Positions 18,315 through 29,867 of a DNA stretch of 64,000 bases are shown piece after piece. Positions within the stretch are counted from its first letter, which is position 1; each line of letters starts with the position of its first letter. The notes under the pieces were generated by a model. The model made no database searches. It saw only the letters and a list, made by a program, of their open reading frames with translations, and was not told the DNA's origin. The DNA lies in the NCBI GenBank assembly GCA_043825735.1, contig JBDRRP010000092.1, positions 1-64,000 on the forward strand, written 5' to 3'. Source of the stretch: Pseudomonadota bacterium. Lineage in GTDB: Bacteria; Desulfobacterota; Desulfobacteria; Desulfobacterales; JBDRRP01. The position numbers and the translations under genes were made by a program.

Positions 18315-19730
18315 TCAAGCGCTTTTTGCCTCGCGCTCGGTGACGAAAGCGACGGCGGTATTGAGCCGGTGGATGACGATGTCTTTTCCGATGATGGCGA
18401 GAATCTCAAAAATCCCGGGGCTGGCGGTCCGGCCGGTAAGGGCCACGCGCACCGGCTGGGCGATTTTACCCAGCTTGATGTCGCAAGTGGCCATGACTTC
18501 GCCAAAGGCGGCTTCCAGCGAGGGCTCGTCGAAGGCCGAAAGGGTGGACAGTTTTTCCGTGAGCAGACGCAGCGGCTCGAGGATGCCGGGTTTCAGAAAT
18601 TTCTTGGCCGCCGCCTCATCGTAGGAGACATCACTGCCAAAATAAAACGCGGCGGCTTCGGCCATTTCCACCAGGGTCTTACTTCGGGGCATCAACGTTT
18701 CGATGACCTGGTAGATCCATGGGCCGGCCGCGGCCTCCAGTCCTTTTCGGGCCAGAAACGGGGCGAGTTGCGGCCAGAGGGTCTCCGGCGTGGCATGTTG
18801 GATATGATCGGCATTGAGGGCGGTTAGTTTTTCGATGTCGAATATGCCGGCGGCTTTGCCGATGTTTTCAAGTGAAAATTTCTCGATGAGCTCCTGACGG
18901 GTGAAAAATTCCTGGTCACCGAATGACCACCCCAACCGGACGAGATAGTTGATCATGGCCTCGGGCAAAAAACCCATCTCCCGGTATTCGATCACCGACA
19001 TGGCGCCGTGGCGCTTGCTGAGTTTGGTCCGGTCGGGCCCCAGCACCATGGGCACGTGGGCAAAGGTCGGCAACGGATGTCCCAGGGCCTTGTAGATCTG
19101 AATCTGCTTGGGGGTGTTCATGACGTGATCGTCGCCGCGGATAATGGTGTTGATGCCCATGAGCATATCGTCCACCACCACCACGAAATTGTAGGTCGGA
19201 ACGCCGTCGCTGCGGGCGATGACGAAATCATCCATGTCGGCGTTTTGGAAGACAATGGCCCCCTTGGCGCGGTCATCGAGGACCGTGGTGCCGGTCTGCG
19301 GCGACTTGAAGCGGACGACGGCCCCGTCGGTCAGCGGCAGGCCACGCTCCCGGCAGGTGCCGTCATATTTCGGATTCTCGCCCCTGGCCCTGGCGCGCTC
19401 CCGCATTGCCTCGATGGCCTCCGGGGAGCAGGTGCAGGCGTATGCATTACCGCTGGCCATTAGCTTGGAGACGTATTCCTTATAAATACCGAAGCGCTCG
19501 GACTGGAAATACGGCCCCTCGTCCCAATCGATGCCCAGCCACTCCAGGCCTTGAAAAATGGCATCCACCGATTCCTGGTTGGAGCGCTGGCGATCGGTGT
19601 CCTCGATGCGCAGAACGAACCGGCCGCCGGTATGCCGCGCGTAGAGCCAGTTGAACAGAGCGGTGCGTGCGCCGCCAAGGTGGAGAAAGCCCGTGGGGCT
19701 GGGAGGAAAGCGGGTGATTATCGGTGACAT
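18315..19730 (-). CDS. gltX: Glutamate--tRNA ligase
   Basis: RFPPSPTGFLHLGG, LRIEDTD, IRGDDH, KLSKRH motifs. Confidence 0.97.
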   Translation of the reverse strand: MSPIITRFPPSPTGFLHLGGARTALFNWLYARHTGGRFVLRIEDTDRQRSNQESVDAIFQGLEWLGIDWDEGPYFQSERFGIYKEYVSKLMASGNAYACTCSPEAIEAMRERARARGENPKYDGTCRERGLPLTDGAVVRFKSPQTGTTVLDDRAKGAIVFQNADMDDFVIARSDGVPTYNFVVVVDDMLMGINTIIRGDDHVMNTPKQIQIYKALGHPLPTFAHVPMVLGPDRTKLSKRHGAMSVIEYREMGFLPEAMINYLVRLGWSFGDQEFFTRQELIEKFSLENIGKAAGIFDIEKLTALNADHIQHATPETLWPQLAPFLARKGLEAAAGPWIYQVIETLMPRSKTLVEMAEAAAFYFGSDVSYDEAAAKKFLKPGILEPLRLLTEKLSTLSAFDEPSLEAAFGEVMATCDIKLGKIAQPVRVALTGRTASPGIFEILAIIGKDIVIHRLNTAVAFVTEREAKSA

Positions 19731-20131
19731 GGATAGGTCCTTTCGGAAAATACGCACGGAAGTTCCGCTGGTGATTGCTTATTTCTTAATGCGATTGGTT
19801 AGTAATTAGTGATTTCGCCTTGACCGCGGGCGGCGGGGTGCGCCACCTGCGGTGCGCCCCGTCGCCGCGGGACGTTTGGCTTGTGGGTCGGTTTACGATA
19901 AAAAGTTCAATCAATATTAATTTCTGTTAGTTGCATAAAATTATGGCTTTTTTTTGATTGCCGGAGGCCCTCCATACCACAGTCCTCCATCGACGACAAC
20001 ACGCGCCTTTTAAAATATTGCCAAAAAAGGTTGACAATTCACGGCAATTCAATTACTTAGGGTCCTGCTTTTTGGTAAATGAGCAATTCGGTTGAAAAAG
20101 ATAGTAAATACAAGTTGTTAGGAGATTACTA

Positions 20132-20314
20132 ATGCCACTGCCAAAGCGAAGAACCTCGAAGTCCAGGCGGGATATGCGCCGCTCTCAGCAGAAAACTGCA
20201 GCCCCCAACGTCACCACATGCCCCCAGTGCGGCGAGGCCAAACAGCCCCATGCCGTCTGCAAGGCCTGTGGAACATACAAGGGGCGCACCGTTCTCGATA
20301 CCGACGAAGAATAG
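20132..20314 (+). CDS. rpmF: 50S ribosomal protein L32
   Basis: MPLPKRRTSKSRRDMRR, CPQCG...HAVCKACG. Confidence 0.95.
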   Translation: MPLPKRRTSKSRRDMRRSQQKTAAPNVTTCPQCGEAKQPHAVCKACGTYKGRTVLDTDEE

Positions 20315-20459
20315 CAGCGCCTGAGGATACGCGCCGGACGCCACGTCCGGCCAACGGCCCTCCGTGAGAGGGGTTGGATAGTGATTTGCTTATCGCTGAA
20401 TATCAGTCACATTTTGTAATAAGCGATAAAGAATAACCGGGGTTGCAAATGGTGAAGGC

Positions 20460-21206
20460 ATGATATCCGCGAGCAGGAAAACCATTGTGGTCACCGGCGG
20501 TTCCCGGGGTATCGGTCGCGCCCTCTGCGCGGCGCTGGCCGCACCGGACGTGGACCTATACTTCAATTACAGTTCCGCCGAAGCCGACGCCCGCACCACT
20601 GCAGAGATGGTTCGCGAGCGTGGCGCTGCGGCCACGGCCCTTCAGATGGATGTGACCGATCCGGATCAGGTGGTCGGTTTTTTTCAACGGATTGTCGAGG
20701 ACACCGGGCGCATCGACGTTCTGGTCAACAATGCCGGCATTACCCGCGACGGTCTGCTGGTGCGCATGAAGGACGCCCAATGGGATGTCGTCATGGACAC
20801 CAACCTCAAGGGGGCATTCCGCTGCACCCGCGCGGCTGCCAAGCAAATGCTCAAGCAGCGCAGCGGACGGATCATCCAAATTTCTTCCGTCGTCGGCGCT
20901 ACCGGCAACCCCGGCCAGGCCAACTATGTGGCCTCCAAGGCCGGCATCATCGGTTTTACAAAGGCCGTCGCTCTGGAGTTGGCATCACGCGGCATCACGG
21001 TCAATGCCGTGGCCCCGGGGTTCATCGACACCGACATGACGGCTTCATTGCCCGAGAAATCCCGCCAGGCCATGATCGAGCGGATACCGCTGGGCCGCGT
21101 CGGCACCCCCGAGGATGTTGCAGCGGCAGTGGTGTTTCTGGCCTCTGCCCAGGCGGCCTACATCACCGGGCAGGTGATTCATGTCAGCGGCGGAATGACT
21201 ATGTAG
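20460..21206 (+). CDS. fabG: 3-oxoacyl-ACP reductase
   Basis: TGGSRGIG, NNAGITRD, YVASK SDR motifs; upstream of acpP. Confidence 0.94.
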   Translation: MISASRKTIVVTGGSRGIGRALCAALAAPDVDLYFNYSSAEADARTTAEMVRERGAAATALQMDVTDPDQVVGFFQRIVEDTGRIDVLVNNAGITRDGLLVRMKDAQWDVVMDTNLKGAFRCTRAAAKQMLKQRSGRIIQISSVVGATGNPGQANYVASKAGIIGFTKAVALELASRGITVNAVAPGFIDTDMTASLPEKSRQAMIERIPLGRVGTPEDVAAAVVFLASAQAAYITGQVIHVSGGMTM

Positions 21207-21243
21207 CTTACGAATAAAAGCTTACGAATAAAAAGGAGGACCC

Positions 21244-21474
21244 ATGTCACTGGAAGACAAGATCAAAAAAGTTATCGCGGATAAACTGAGTGTGGACATT
21301 ACCGAAGTGGTGCCGGAAGCCCATTTTGTGGATGATCTGGGGGCCGACTCCCTGGATCTGGTGGAGCTTATCATGTCCATGGAAGAGGAATTCGACATCG
21401 AAATCTCGGACGAGGACGCCGAAAAACTGGTGACCGTCAAGAATGCGTTCGACTACATCAAGGCCCATTCCTAA
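21244..21474 (+). CDS. acpP: Acyl carrier protein
   Basis: [12 protein letters not shown] phosphopantetheine motif. Confidence 0.96.
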   Translation: MSLEDKIKKVIADKLSVDITEVVPEAHFVDDLGADSLDLVELIMSMEEEFDIEISDEDAEKLVTVKNAFDYIKAHS

Positions 21475-21502
21475 CATCGATCTCAAAAAGGAGACCGGGG
21501 CA

Positions 21503-22756
21503 GTGAGGGATGCAAGCAAAAGAGTCGTCATTACCGGCGTTGGTCTTGTCACACCGGTGGGTATCGGCGTGGAGGAAACCTGGCGTGCGCTGAGTGCAGG
21601 AGAGTCGGGAATCGGACCGATCACCCGGTTTGACGCCTCCGAGCATGCCACTCACATCGCCGGAGAGGTGAAAGGGTTCCGCGCCGAAGACTTCATGGAC
21701 AAGAAAGAGGCCAAGCGCACCCAGCTCTTCATGGCCTATGCCATCGCCGCAGCGCGGATGGCCCTTGACTATGCCGGCCTTGTCATCGACGCTAAGCTGG
21801 CGCCGCGCATCGGTGTGATGACCGGCTGCGGGCTCGGGGGATTGTCCTATCTGGAGGAAACCACCCTGACGGTCTACACTAAGAGCCCCAAGCGGGTATC
21901 TCCGTTTTTTATCCCTACCATCATCGGCAACATGTCCGCCGGGGCCATATCCATCAATGTCGGCGCCAAGGGACCCAATGCCACCATGGCTACGGCCTGC
22001 GCCGCCGGCGCCCATGCGGTTGGAGAGGCCTATGAGGCGATCCAGAACGGGCATGCAGACGCCATGATCACCGGGGGCGTGGAATCGGTGATTACCCCGG
22101 CTTGCGTGGCCGGTTTCAATGCCATGAAGGCCCTGTCCACCCGCAACGACGAACCCCAGCGCGCGTCCAGACCGTTCGACCGGGACCGCGACGGATTTGT
22201 GGTTGGAGAAGGCTCCGGGATGATGGTCATTGAGCGACTGGAGCGGGCCCTGGAGCGCGGGGCGCCCATTATCGCAGAGATCATCGGTTACGGGATGAGT
22301 GGTGACGCCTACCACATGGCCTCTCCGTCGCCCGACGGGGAAGGGGCGGCCCGGTGCATGCAGGCCGCGCTGGACAATGCCGGACTCAGGCCCGAGGCCA
22401 TCGATTACATCAATGCCCACGGGACTTCTACGCCGCTGAACGATCTCTTTGAGACCCGAGCCATCAAGACGGTCTTTGGAGATCACGCCTACCGATTGGC
22501 TGTCAGTTCAACCAAATCCATGACCGGGCATCTGCTCGGTGGTGCCGGTGGGGTTGAAACCGCCCTCACCGCGCTCACGATTGCCCGGGGTCTCATTTTG
22601 CCCACCATCAACCTGGAGCACCCTTCAGAGGAGTGCGACCTGGATTATGTCCCCAACACGGCTCGCAAGGCGGAGGTCGCCATTGCCATGACCAACAGTT
22701 TCGGCTTCGGCGGCACCAATGCGGCACTGATTTTGGGGCGCGCACCGACGGCCTGA
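21503..22756 (+). CDS. fabF: Beta-ketoacyl-ACP synthase II
   Basis: TACAAG, NAHGTST, GHLLG, NSFGFGG motifs. Confidence 0.95.
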   Translation: MRDASKRVVITGVGLVTPVGIGVEETWRALSAGESGIGPITRFDASEHATHIAGEVKGFRAEDFMDKKEAKRTQLFMAYAIAAARMALDYAGLVIDAKLAPRIGVMTGCGLGGLSYLEETTLTVYTKSPKRVSPFFIPTIIGNMSAGAISINVGAKGPNATMATACAAGAHAVGEAYEAIQNGHADAMITGGVESVITPACVAGFNAMKALSTRNDEPQRASRPFDRDRDGFVVGEGSGMMVIERLERALERGAPIIAEIIGYGMSGDAYHMASPSPDGEGAARCMQAALDNAGLRPEAIDYINAHGTSTPLNDLFETRAIKTVFGDHAYRLAVSSTKSMTGHLLGGAGGVETALTALTIARGLILPTINLEHPSEECDLDYVPNTARKAEVAIAMTNSFGFGGTNAALILGRAPTA

Positions 22757-22997
22757 CAGGGCGCCGGCACATGGCCCACCACCGGTGCGGCGGGCCAGGG
22801 TCCCGGCGGGCGGAGCGCATTTTTCCCTTGTGATCACCCAGATGTCCAGATAGTATAGCGCGCTAAGGTTTTGCTGCCGCAGGGCCGCCGAAAACCGTTG
22901 TTTGCAGCGGCTCGGAGTGTGCGGCGGTTCATAGAACCATGGGCGGCGCTCGTGCTTGCGGCGGCCGCTCAATCGGATTGCCACTACGGGGGAAACC

Positions 22998-23489
22998 ATG
23001 GGCTCTGACAGCATTGCCATCATCATCGGATCCGATCACGCCGCGTTCGCGTTGAAGCAGTGGGTCAAATCGTATCTTGAAAAGCGCGGTATACCGGTGG
23101 AAGATGCCGGTGTTCACAGTGAACAGTCTGCAGACTATCCGGCATATGCCCGGGCCGTTGCAGGCCGGGTCTCTTCCGGGGAATTTCGCCGAGGCATTCT
23201 GCTGTGCGGCACCGGCCTGGGCATGTCCATGGCCGCCAACCGCTTCCCCAACGTGCGCGCAGCCCTGTGCAACGATCTTTTTTCGGCCAAAATGAGCCGG
23301 CTTCACAACGACGCCAACATTCTGGTTCTGGGCGGGCGCGTCATCGGAGACGTGCTGGCCGGCGCCATTGTCGACACCTGGCTGGACACCGATTTTGAAG
23401 GTGGCCGCCACCAGCGTCGGCTGGATATGTTCGATCGGATCGAAACGCTCAACGATACGCCAGAAGCCGGTGCAACCGGAAAAAAATGA
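22998..23489 (+). CDS. rpiB: Ribose-5-phosphate isomerase B
   Basis: [28 protein letters not shown]. Confidence 0.94.
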   Translation: MGSDSIAIIIGSDHAAFALKQWVKSYLEKRGIPVEDAGVHSEQSADYPAYARAVAGRVSSGEFRRGILLCGTGLGMSMAANRFPNVRAALCNDLFSAKMSRLHNDANILVLGGRVIGDVLAGAIVDTWLDTDFEGGRHQRRLDMFDRIETLNDTPEAGATGKK

Positions 23490-23508
23490 TATCACCACTA
23501 CGACCGAC

Positions 23509-24777
23509 ATGATCAAAGGACATCTCGTGAATCAGGACCTTATTGCCAGCGTAGACCCGGAAATCGCCGCCGTCATCGCGCAGGAGCACCAGCGGCAGGC
23601 GCATACTCTCGAAATGATCGCATCTGAAAACATCGCCAGCCGCGCGGTGATGGCCGTCCAGGGCAGTGTGCTGACCAACAAGTATGCCGAAGGCTATCCG
23701 GCCAAGCGCTATTACGGCGGCTGTGAATTCGTGGACATGGCCGAAACGCTGGCCATCGAACGGGCGCGGGAGTTGTTCAATGCGCCCTACGTCAACGTGC
23801 AGCCCCATTCCGGGTCCCAGGCCAACATGGCCGTCTATTTCGCCCTGCTCAAACCGGGCGATACCATTATGGGGATGAATCTCGCCCACGGCGGTCACCT
23901 GACGCACGGCAGTCCCGTCAATTTTTCGGGAAAACTGTTTAATTTCGTCCACTACGGTGTGGATGCCGAAACGGGGATGCTCAACTACGAAGTCATCGGG
24001 CGGCTTGCCGACGCCCATCGGCCGAAAATGATCGTCGCCGGCGCCAGCGCCTACCCCCGCATCATCGATTTCAAGACGCTGGCAGAGATTTCCGCTTCGA
24101 TCGGCGCGCTGTTGATGGTCGATATGGCCCACATCGCCGGTCTGGTCGCCGCGGGGGTTCACCCTTCTCCGGTGCCCCATGCACAGATCGTCACGTCCAC
24201 CACGCACAAGACGCTCAGGGGGCCGCGCGGCGGTCTCATTCTTGCCGACAGCGCTTACGGCGCCGCCATCGACAAGCAGATTTTCCCCGGGATCCAGGGC
24301 GGGCCGCTCATGCATGTGATCGCTGCCAAGGCGGTGGCGTTCAAGGAAGCCCTGGCGCCGGGATTCAAGGCCTACCAGAAACAGGTGGTGCTCAATGCCA
24401 GGGCCTTGGCCGGCGGGCTCATGGATGCCGGCATCGATCTGGTCTCCGGCGGCACCGACAATCACATGATGCTCGTGGACCTGCGGCGGCTCAATCTCAC
24501 CGGAGCGGATCTTGAAATCGCTTTGGGCCGGGCCGGGGTCACCGTGAACAAAAACGCCGTGCCGTTTGATCCCTTGAGCCCGAAGGTGACCAGCGGCGTC
24601 AGGCTGGGCACTCCCGCGCTCACCAGCCGGGGTATGGTAGAGGCGCAGATGGCCCAGATCGCCGGGCTGATCGCTTCGGTGGTGCACCACATGGACGATG
24701 CGGCCGTCATCGCCGATGCCCGGCGCCAGGTGGACACGCTGTGCGAAACGTTTCCGTTGTATCCTGAGCAGCGATGA
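23509..24777 (+). CDS. glyA: Serine hydroxymethyltransferase
   Basis: [29 protein letters not shown]. Confidence 0.97.
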   Translation: MIKGHLVNQDLIASVDPEIAAVIAQEHQRQAHTLEMIASENIASRAVMAVQGSVLTNKYAEGYPAKRYYGGCEFVDMAETLAIERARELFNAPYVNVQPHSGSQANMAVYFALLKPGDTIMGMNLAHGGHLTHGSPVNFSGKLFNFVHYGVDAETGMLNYEVIGRLADAHRPKMIVAGASAYPRIIDFKTLAEISASIGALLMVDMAHIAGLVAAGVHPSPVPHAQIVTSTTHKTLRGPRGGLILADSAYGAAIDKQIFPGIQGGPLMHVIAAKAVAFKEALAPGFKAYQKQVVLNARALAGGLMDAGIDLVSGGTDNHMMLVDLRRLNLTGADLEIALGRAGVTVNKNAVPFDPLSPKVTSGVRLGTPALTSRGMVEAQMAQIAGLIASVVHHMDDAAVIADARRQVDTLCETFPLYPEQR

Positions 24778-25292
24778 CACATGAACGTCCACTCGAACCC
24801 ATTGGAGATGCCATGGCGCCCATGACGCCTTTTGAGCCCCGCCCGGACTGGGATACCTATTTTATGGAAATCGCCAAACTCGTGGCCAGGCGATCGACCT
24901 GCACCCGCCGCCAGGTGGGGGCCATCGTGGTCATGGACCGGCGCCTTCTCACCACGGGATACAATGGGGCGCCCTCGGGCATCGCGCACTGCCGGGAAGT
25001 GGGCTGCCTGCGCGAAACCCTCAATGTGCCATCCGGTGAGCGTCACGAACTGTGCCGGGGCATCCACGCCGAGCAGAATGCGATCATCCAGGCGGCACGC
25101 CACGGCGTATCCATTCGGGGGGGCACCCTTTACTGCACGAATCTGCCATGCTCCATTTGTGCGAAAATGATCATCAACGCGGGAATCAAGAACATCTTCT
25201 TTGCCGAGGGATATGCAGACCAGATGTCGGAAGGGATGCTGGCAGAGGCCGGTGTTGATCTCATCGGGCTCTCAGTGACCGGGAAAATTTGA
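24774..25292 (+). CDS. dCMP deaminase / ComEB-like cytidine deaminase family
   Basis: [26 protein letters not shown]. Confidence 0.9.
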   Translation: MTHERPLEPIGDAMAPMTPFEPRPDWDTYFMEIAKLVARRSTCTRRQVGAIVVMDRRLLTTGYNGAPSGIAHCREVGCLRETLNVPSGERHELCRGIHAEQNAIIQAARHGVSIRGGTLYCTNLPCSICAKMIINAGIKNIFFAEGYADQMSEGMLAEAGVDLIGLSVTGKI

Positions 25293-25463
25293 TGGCGCAG
25301 TAAAAAGTCCGAATCTCTCGCAAAGCCGCCGTTCGACAGGCTCACGGCTCTGAGCGAAGTCGAAGGGCTACGATCGCAAAGCTAACGAGATGATATTAAA
25401 TAATGTTTTTCTTGGCGCACGTTGCGTCTTTGCGAGAAAGTTGCTTTTTTACGAGTTTGTCAA
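25288..25463. repeat. Composite palindromic element (outer GTAAAAAG IR + CGCAAAG heptamers) with nested hairpin insertion
   Basis: Near-identical to reverse complement of 61547-61680 except for about 40 bp inserted at 25329-25370. Confidence 0.85.
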
Positions 25464-25562
25464 GTTTTGGAACTGCCTGTTTTCCCGGGCTGATGATGGT
25501 ACGGCGTCGATTCTGGCTCAGCGCCGTTGCGGTTCCGACTGACGCCAGGGGGGGGAGGGACT

Positions 25563-26021
25563 ATGCGGTGCCCATTTTGCAGCGAAATTGACAACAAGGT
25601 CATCGATTCACGTCTCAGCAAAGACGGCAACGTCATTCGCCGGCGGCGGGAGTGCCTGCTATGCAATCGCCGGTTCACCACCTACGAGCAGATCGAAGAG
25701 ATTCCCATCATGATCGTCAAAAAGGACGGCCGGCGGGAAGTCTACAATCGGGAAAAGGTCTACGCGGGCATTATGCGGGCCATCGAGAAACTCGACATCA
25801 GCGTCAATGCCGTTCAATCCTTTCTCGATGATCTCGAACGGGATCTGAAGGAGACCGGCGAAAAGGAGATCCCCTCTCGCGTCATCGGTGAAAAAGTCAT
25901 GGGAAAGCTGCATGCCTTGAACGACATCGCCTATGTCCGCTTTGCATCCGTCTACCGCGAATTCAAGGACGTCAACGATTTTGTATCGGAGTTGCGAAGC
26001 CTTTTGAGCGACTCCAAGTAG
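25563..26021 (+). CDS. nrdR: Transcriptional repressor NrdR
   Basis: MRCPFC, IRRRRECLLC..RFTTYE, ATP cone, AYVRFASVY. Confidence 0.97.
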   Translation: MRCPFCSEIDNKVIDSRLSKDGNVIRRRRECLLCNRRFTTYEQIEEIPIMIVKKDGRREVYNREKVYAGIMRAIEKLDISVNAVQSFLDDLERDLKETGEKEIPSRVIGEKVMGKLHALNDIAYVRFASVYREFKDVNDFVSELRSLLSDSK

Positions 26022-27130
26022 TGTCCATGGATGATCTTGAATACATGAGAATGGCCCTGACCCTGGCCGACCAAGGCCGGGGTTTTACGTCTCCAAATCC
26101 CATGGTCGGTGCCGTGGTGGTGCGCGATGGCGTTGTGGTGGGGCAGGGGTGGCACCGGCGCGCAGGGGGGCCTCACGCCGAGGTGCATGCCCTTGACGAT
26201 GCCGGGGAAAAGGCGCGCGGGGGCGCCTTGTACGTGACCCTGGAGCCGTGCAACCATACCGGCCGGACCCCGCCCTGCACGGAGAAGATTCTGGCCTCGG
26301 GAGTGGCCCGGGTGGTGGTGGCCATGGCCGATCCCAACCCCCATGTGCCCGGCGGTGGCAATGCCGTTCTTAAGGCCCGAGGCCTCGAAGTGGTGTGCGG
26401 GGTCTGCGAGGATCAGGCGCGACGGCAAAACGAGGTGTTCGTCAAGCACGTGACCACGGGGCGTCCGTTTGTGGTGATCAAGTGTGCGGCCACCCTAGAC
26501 GGCAGGATCGCCACGCGCACCGGAGATGCCCGGTGGGTGACCGGCCCGGCGGCCCGGGCCATGGTGCACCGGTTGCGTCATGAACTGGATGCCATCATGG
26601 TGGGCATTGGCACCGTCATGGCAGACGATCCGCAGCTCACTACCCGGTTGCCGGAGGCCGCTGGCATACAGGGAAAAGACCCGGTGCGGGTCATCCTCGA
26701 TACGCATTTGAAGATCGCCCCCTCGGCCCAGGTACTGCGGCTTGACTCAACTGCCGAGACCCTTATTATATGTGGCGATTCAGTGCCTGCGAGGCAGCGC
26801 CGCCAGATCGCCCGCAGCGGCGTTCAGGTGCTGCCTGTTGCCACGGCCGGAGGACGAATCGATCTCAACGCACTCATGGGCCATCTGGTGGACCGGGGCC
26901 TCACCAGCGTTCTCATCGAGGGCGGCGCCCGCGTGCTGTCATCGGCCCTGGCCAGCGCCATCGTAGACAAGGCTCTGTTTTTTTATGCGCCGAAAATACT
27001 CGGCGGTGACGACGGGGTGCCCATTTGCTCCGGCCCGGGACCGGAGCGGATGCAAGACAGTATCCGGCTGCGCGATGTCTCCCATCACCGGATCGGAGAC
27101 GATATTCTCATAGCGGGGTACCTGGGCTGA
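26021..27130 (+). CDS. ribD: Bifunctional riboflavin deaminase/reductase
   Basis: PNPMVG, HAEV, TLEPCNH.GRTPPC, EGG. Confidence 0.96.
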   Translation: MSMDDLEYMRMALTLADQGRGFTSPNPMVGAVVVRDGVVVGQGWHRRAGGPHAEVHALDDAGEKARGGALYVTLEPCNHTGRTPPCTEKILASGVARVVVAMADPNPHVPGGGNAVLKARGLEVVCGVCEDQARRQNEVFVKHVTTGRPFVVIKCAATLDGRIATRTGDARWVTGPAARAMVHRLRHELDAIMVGIGTVMADDPQLTTRLPEAAGIQGKDPVRVILDTHLKIAPSAQVLRLDSTAETLIICGDSVPARQRRQIARSGVQVLPVATAGGRIDLNALMGHLVDRGLTSVLIEGGARVLSSALASAIVDKALFFYAPKILGGDDGVPICSGPGPERMQDSIRLRDVSHHRIGDDILIAGYLG

Positions 27131-27184
27131 TGGCCCGGGCCCACCGCCCGCCACTGCGGCGATAACGATTGGCGAACCGACATA

Positions 27185-27844
27185 ATGTTTACCGGAATCA
27201 TTGAAGGCCTCGGAACCATTGCACGCATTGCACCCAGCGGCGGCGGCCGCATGTCCATTCTCGCCGATTTCAATCTTGACGGCACCCGCATTGGCGACAG
27301 CATCTCGGTCAACGGCGCCTGCCTCACGGCCGTGAGCCTGGAGGGGCGCCTGTTCAGTGTTGACGTGTCTCCCGAAACCCTGTCCCGAACCATCCTGGGC
27401 CGGGTGAGAAACGGCGAGCGGGTCAACCTGGAGCGCGCTTTGAGACTTTCCGACCGGTTGGACGGGCACATTGTTTCCGGTCACGTGGACGATGTGGGGA
27501 CCATTGCCGAGCGGCGCACCCATGGAAACGCCATCGAGGTCACCGTGGGGGTGCCCGCTGCGCTCACCCGCACCATGATTGCCAAAGGCTCGGTGGCCGT
27601 TGACGGCATCAGCCTGACCATCAACCGGGTGGCCGAGGCGTCCTTTACGGTCAGCATCATTCCCCACACAGCGCACCTGACCACCATCGGGTTCAAAGCT
27701 GTCGGTGAAAAAGTAAATATTGAAACTGACGTGATCGGCAAGTATATAGAGCGTTTCGTTTCCGCTCCCGGAGAAGCGGCTCCGGCGCAGGCGCACGGCG
27801 GCGGAGTGGATATGGCATTTCTTAAAAAGACCGGTTTTCTGTGA
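27185..27844 (+). CDS. ribE: Riboflavin synthase
   Basis: [27 protein letters not shown]. Confidence 0.95.
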   Translation: MFTGIIEGLGTIARIAPSGGGRMSILADFNLDGTRIGDSISVNGACLTAVSLEGRLFSVDVSPETLSRTILGRVRNGERVNLERALRLSDRLDGHIVSGHVDDVGTIAERRTHGNAIEVTVGVPAALTRTMIAKGSVAVDGISLTINRVAEASFTVSIIPHTAHLTTIGFKAVGEKVNIETDVIGKYIERFVSAPGEAAPAQAHGGGVDMAFLKKTGFL

Positions 27845-27890
27845 CCTGACGGCACGCAAAGACCGATACGAAAAGGAGACAGCAGGTCAT

Positions 27891-29111
27891 ATGTCTAGAA
27901 TTTCCATAGAGGACGCGATTGAGGACATCCGCCAGGGCAAGATGGTCATCCTGGTGGATGATGAAGACCGGGAAAACGAAGGCGATCTGTGCATGGCCGC
28001 AGAGCGCGTGACCGCCGCCCACATCAATTTCATGGCCACGTACGGCCGCGGGCTGATCTGTCTGTCGCTGACCGGAGAACGCTGCGACCAGCTCGGGCTG
28101 CGGATGATGGTCGATCACAACACCAGCCCTTACGAGACGGGCTTTACGGTATCCATCGAAGCGAAAAAGGGCGTGACCACCGGCATTTCAGCCGCCGATC
28201 GCGCCACCACCGTTCTGACCGCAGTGGCGCCGAACGCTACGGCGGCCGACCTCGTGCGGCCCGGCCATATTTTTCCCCTGCGCGCCCGGGAGGGCGGCGT
28301 CATGGTCCGGGTGGGGCAGACCGAGGGCTCCGTGGATCTGGCCCGGATGGCCGGATTGACACCGGCCGGCGTCATCTGCGAAATCATGGATGAAGACGGC
28401 ACCATGGCCCGGATGCCGACCCTTGAGATCTTTTCAGAAAAACACGGACTCGGCATCTGCACCATCGCCGACCTGGTGGCATACCGGACCCGCACCGAGC
28501 GCTTCGTGAGAAAGGCCGCCGAAACCGTCATCCCCACCCTTCACGGCGGGGATTTCCGCATCATCGCCTACGAAAACGACATTGACAACATGACCCATAT
28601 CGCCATGATCAAGGGGAGCATCGACCCGGAAAAACCCATCCTGGTGAGAGTGCATTCCGAGTGCATGACCGGCGATATCTTCGGCTCCCAGCGATGCGAC
28701 TGCGGCGATCAGCTGCACAAAGCCATGGCGATGATGGACCGCGAGGGCGCCGGCGTCATCCTCTACCTGCGCCAGGAGGGGCGGGGCATCGGGCTTGTCA
28801 ACAAACTCAAGGCGTACGAGTTGCAGCGCAAGCACGGCCTGGACACCGTGGAGGCCAATCTCAAACTCGGATTCAAGGCCGATCTCAGGGATTACGGCAT
28901 CGGCGCGCAGATCCTGGCGGACCTGGGCGTGCGCCAGATGCGGCTGCTGACAAACAACCCCAAGAAAATGGTAGGTTTGGACGGCTACGGGCTCAGCGTT
29001 GTTGAGCAGATCCCCATCGAGGTGCCGCCCAATGAGTACAATGCCGGCTACCTGGAGTGCAAGCGGCTCAAAATGGGGCACATGCTTGAGATGGAGTGCA
29101 AGTTCACGTAG
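27891..29111 (+). CDS. ribBA: DHBP synthase / GTP cyclohydrolase II
   Basis: [20 protein letters not shown]...CDC, QEGRGIG, TNNP. Confidence 0.96.
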   Translation: MSRISIEDAIEDIRQGKMVILVDDEDRENEGDLCMAAERVTAAHINFMATYGRGLICLSLTGERCDQLGLRMMVDHNTSPYETGFTVSIEAKKGVTTGISAADRATTVLTAVAPNATAADLVRPGHIFPLRAREGGVMVRVGQTEGSVDLARMAGLTPAGVICEIMDEDGTMARMPTLEIFSEKHGLGICTIADLVAYRTRTERFVRKAAETVIPTLHGGDFRIIAYENDIDNMTHIAMIKGSIDPEKPILVRVHSECMTGDIFGSQRCDCGDQLHKAMAMMDREGAGVILYLRQEGRGIGLVNKLKAYELQRKHGLDTVEANLKLGFKADLRDYGIGAQILADLGVRQMRLLTNNPKKMVGLDGYGLSVVEQIPIEVPPNEYNAGYLECKRLKMGHMLEMECKFT

Positions 29112-29348
29112 TGTCCGTCCACAAGCGGCATCTTTGCCTTAGAAACCCTGCGCTGCGCGCAGGGTTCCAGGCGAAAAAGCATGGCCCTGGCGGCGTACTC
29201 GCACTTTTTGAAATCCTCGACGTAGCGGAGCTACGCCTCCGGTTTCAAAAATGCTCGGGCCTTGCCAGGAACCACAAGGTTTTATCCTGACGCCCAGCGC
29301 GCAGCGCAGGGTGTCCAAGGAAAATCTACCACTGGTGAATGGACACGA
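29109..29348. mobile_element. MITE-like non-autonomous element between ribBA and ribH
   Basis: Terminal IR TAGTGTCCGTCCAC...GTGAATGGACACGA; internal arms CCCTGCGCTGCGCGC / GCGCGCAGCGCAGGG; central CGTAGC-gga-GCTACG hairpin. Confidence 0.65.
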
Positions 29349-29372
29349 TCAAATGACGAGAGAGAGGATGAC

Positions 29373-29849
<477 letters not shown>

Positions 29850-29867
29850 GCAAGGCGGGTGTGACAG

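Noticed and set aside
18275..18315. Prophage or island integration at tRNA-Gln
   Set aside because: No integrase and no duplicated tRNA 3' end found in the window
18201..18827. 208-aa plus-strand ORF
   Set aside because: Antisense to tRNA-Gln and gltX
25470..26020. FMN riboswitch ahead of the rib genes
   Set aside because: No RFN consensus seen; the rib genes follow nrdR directly
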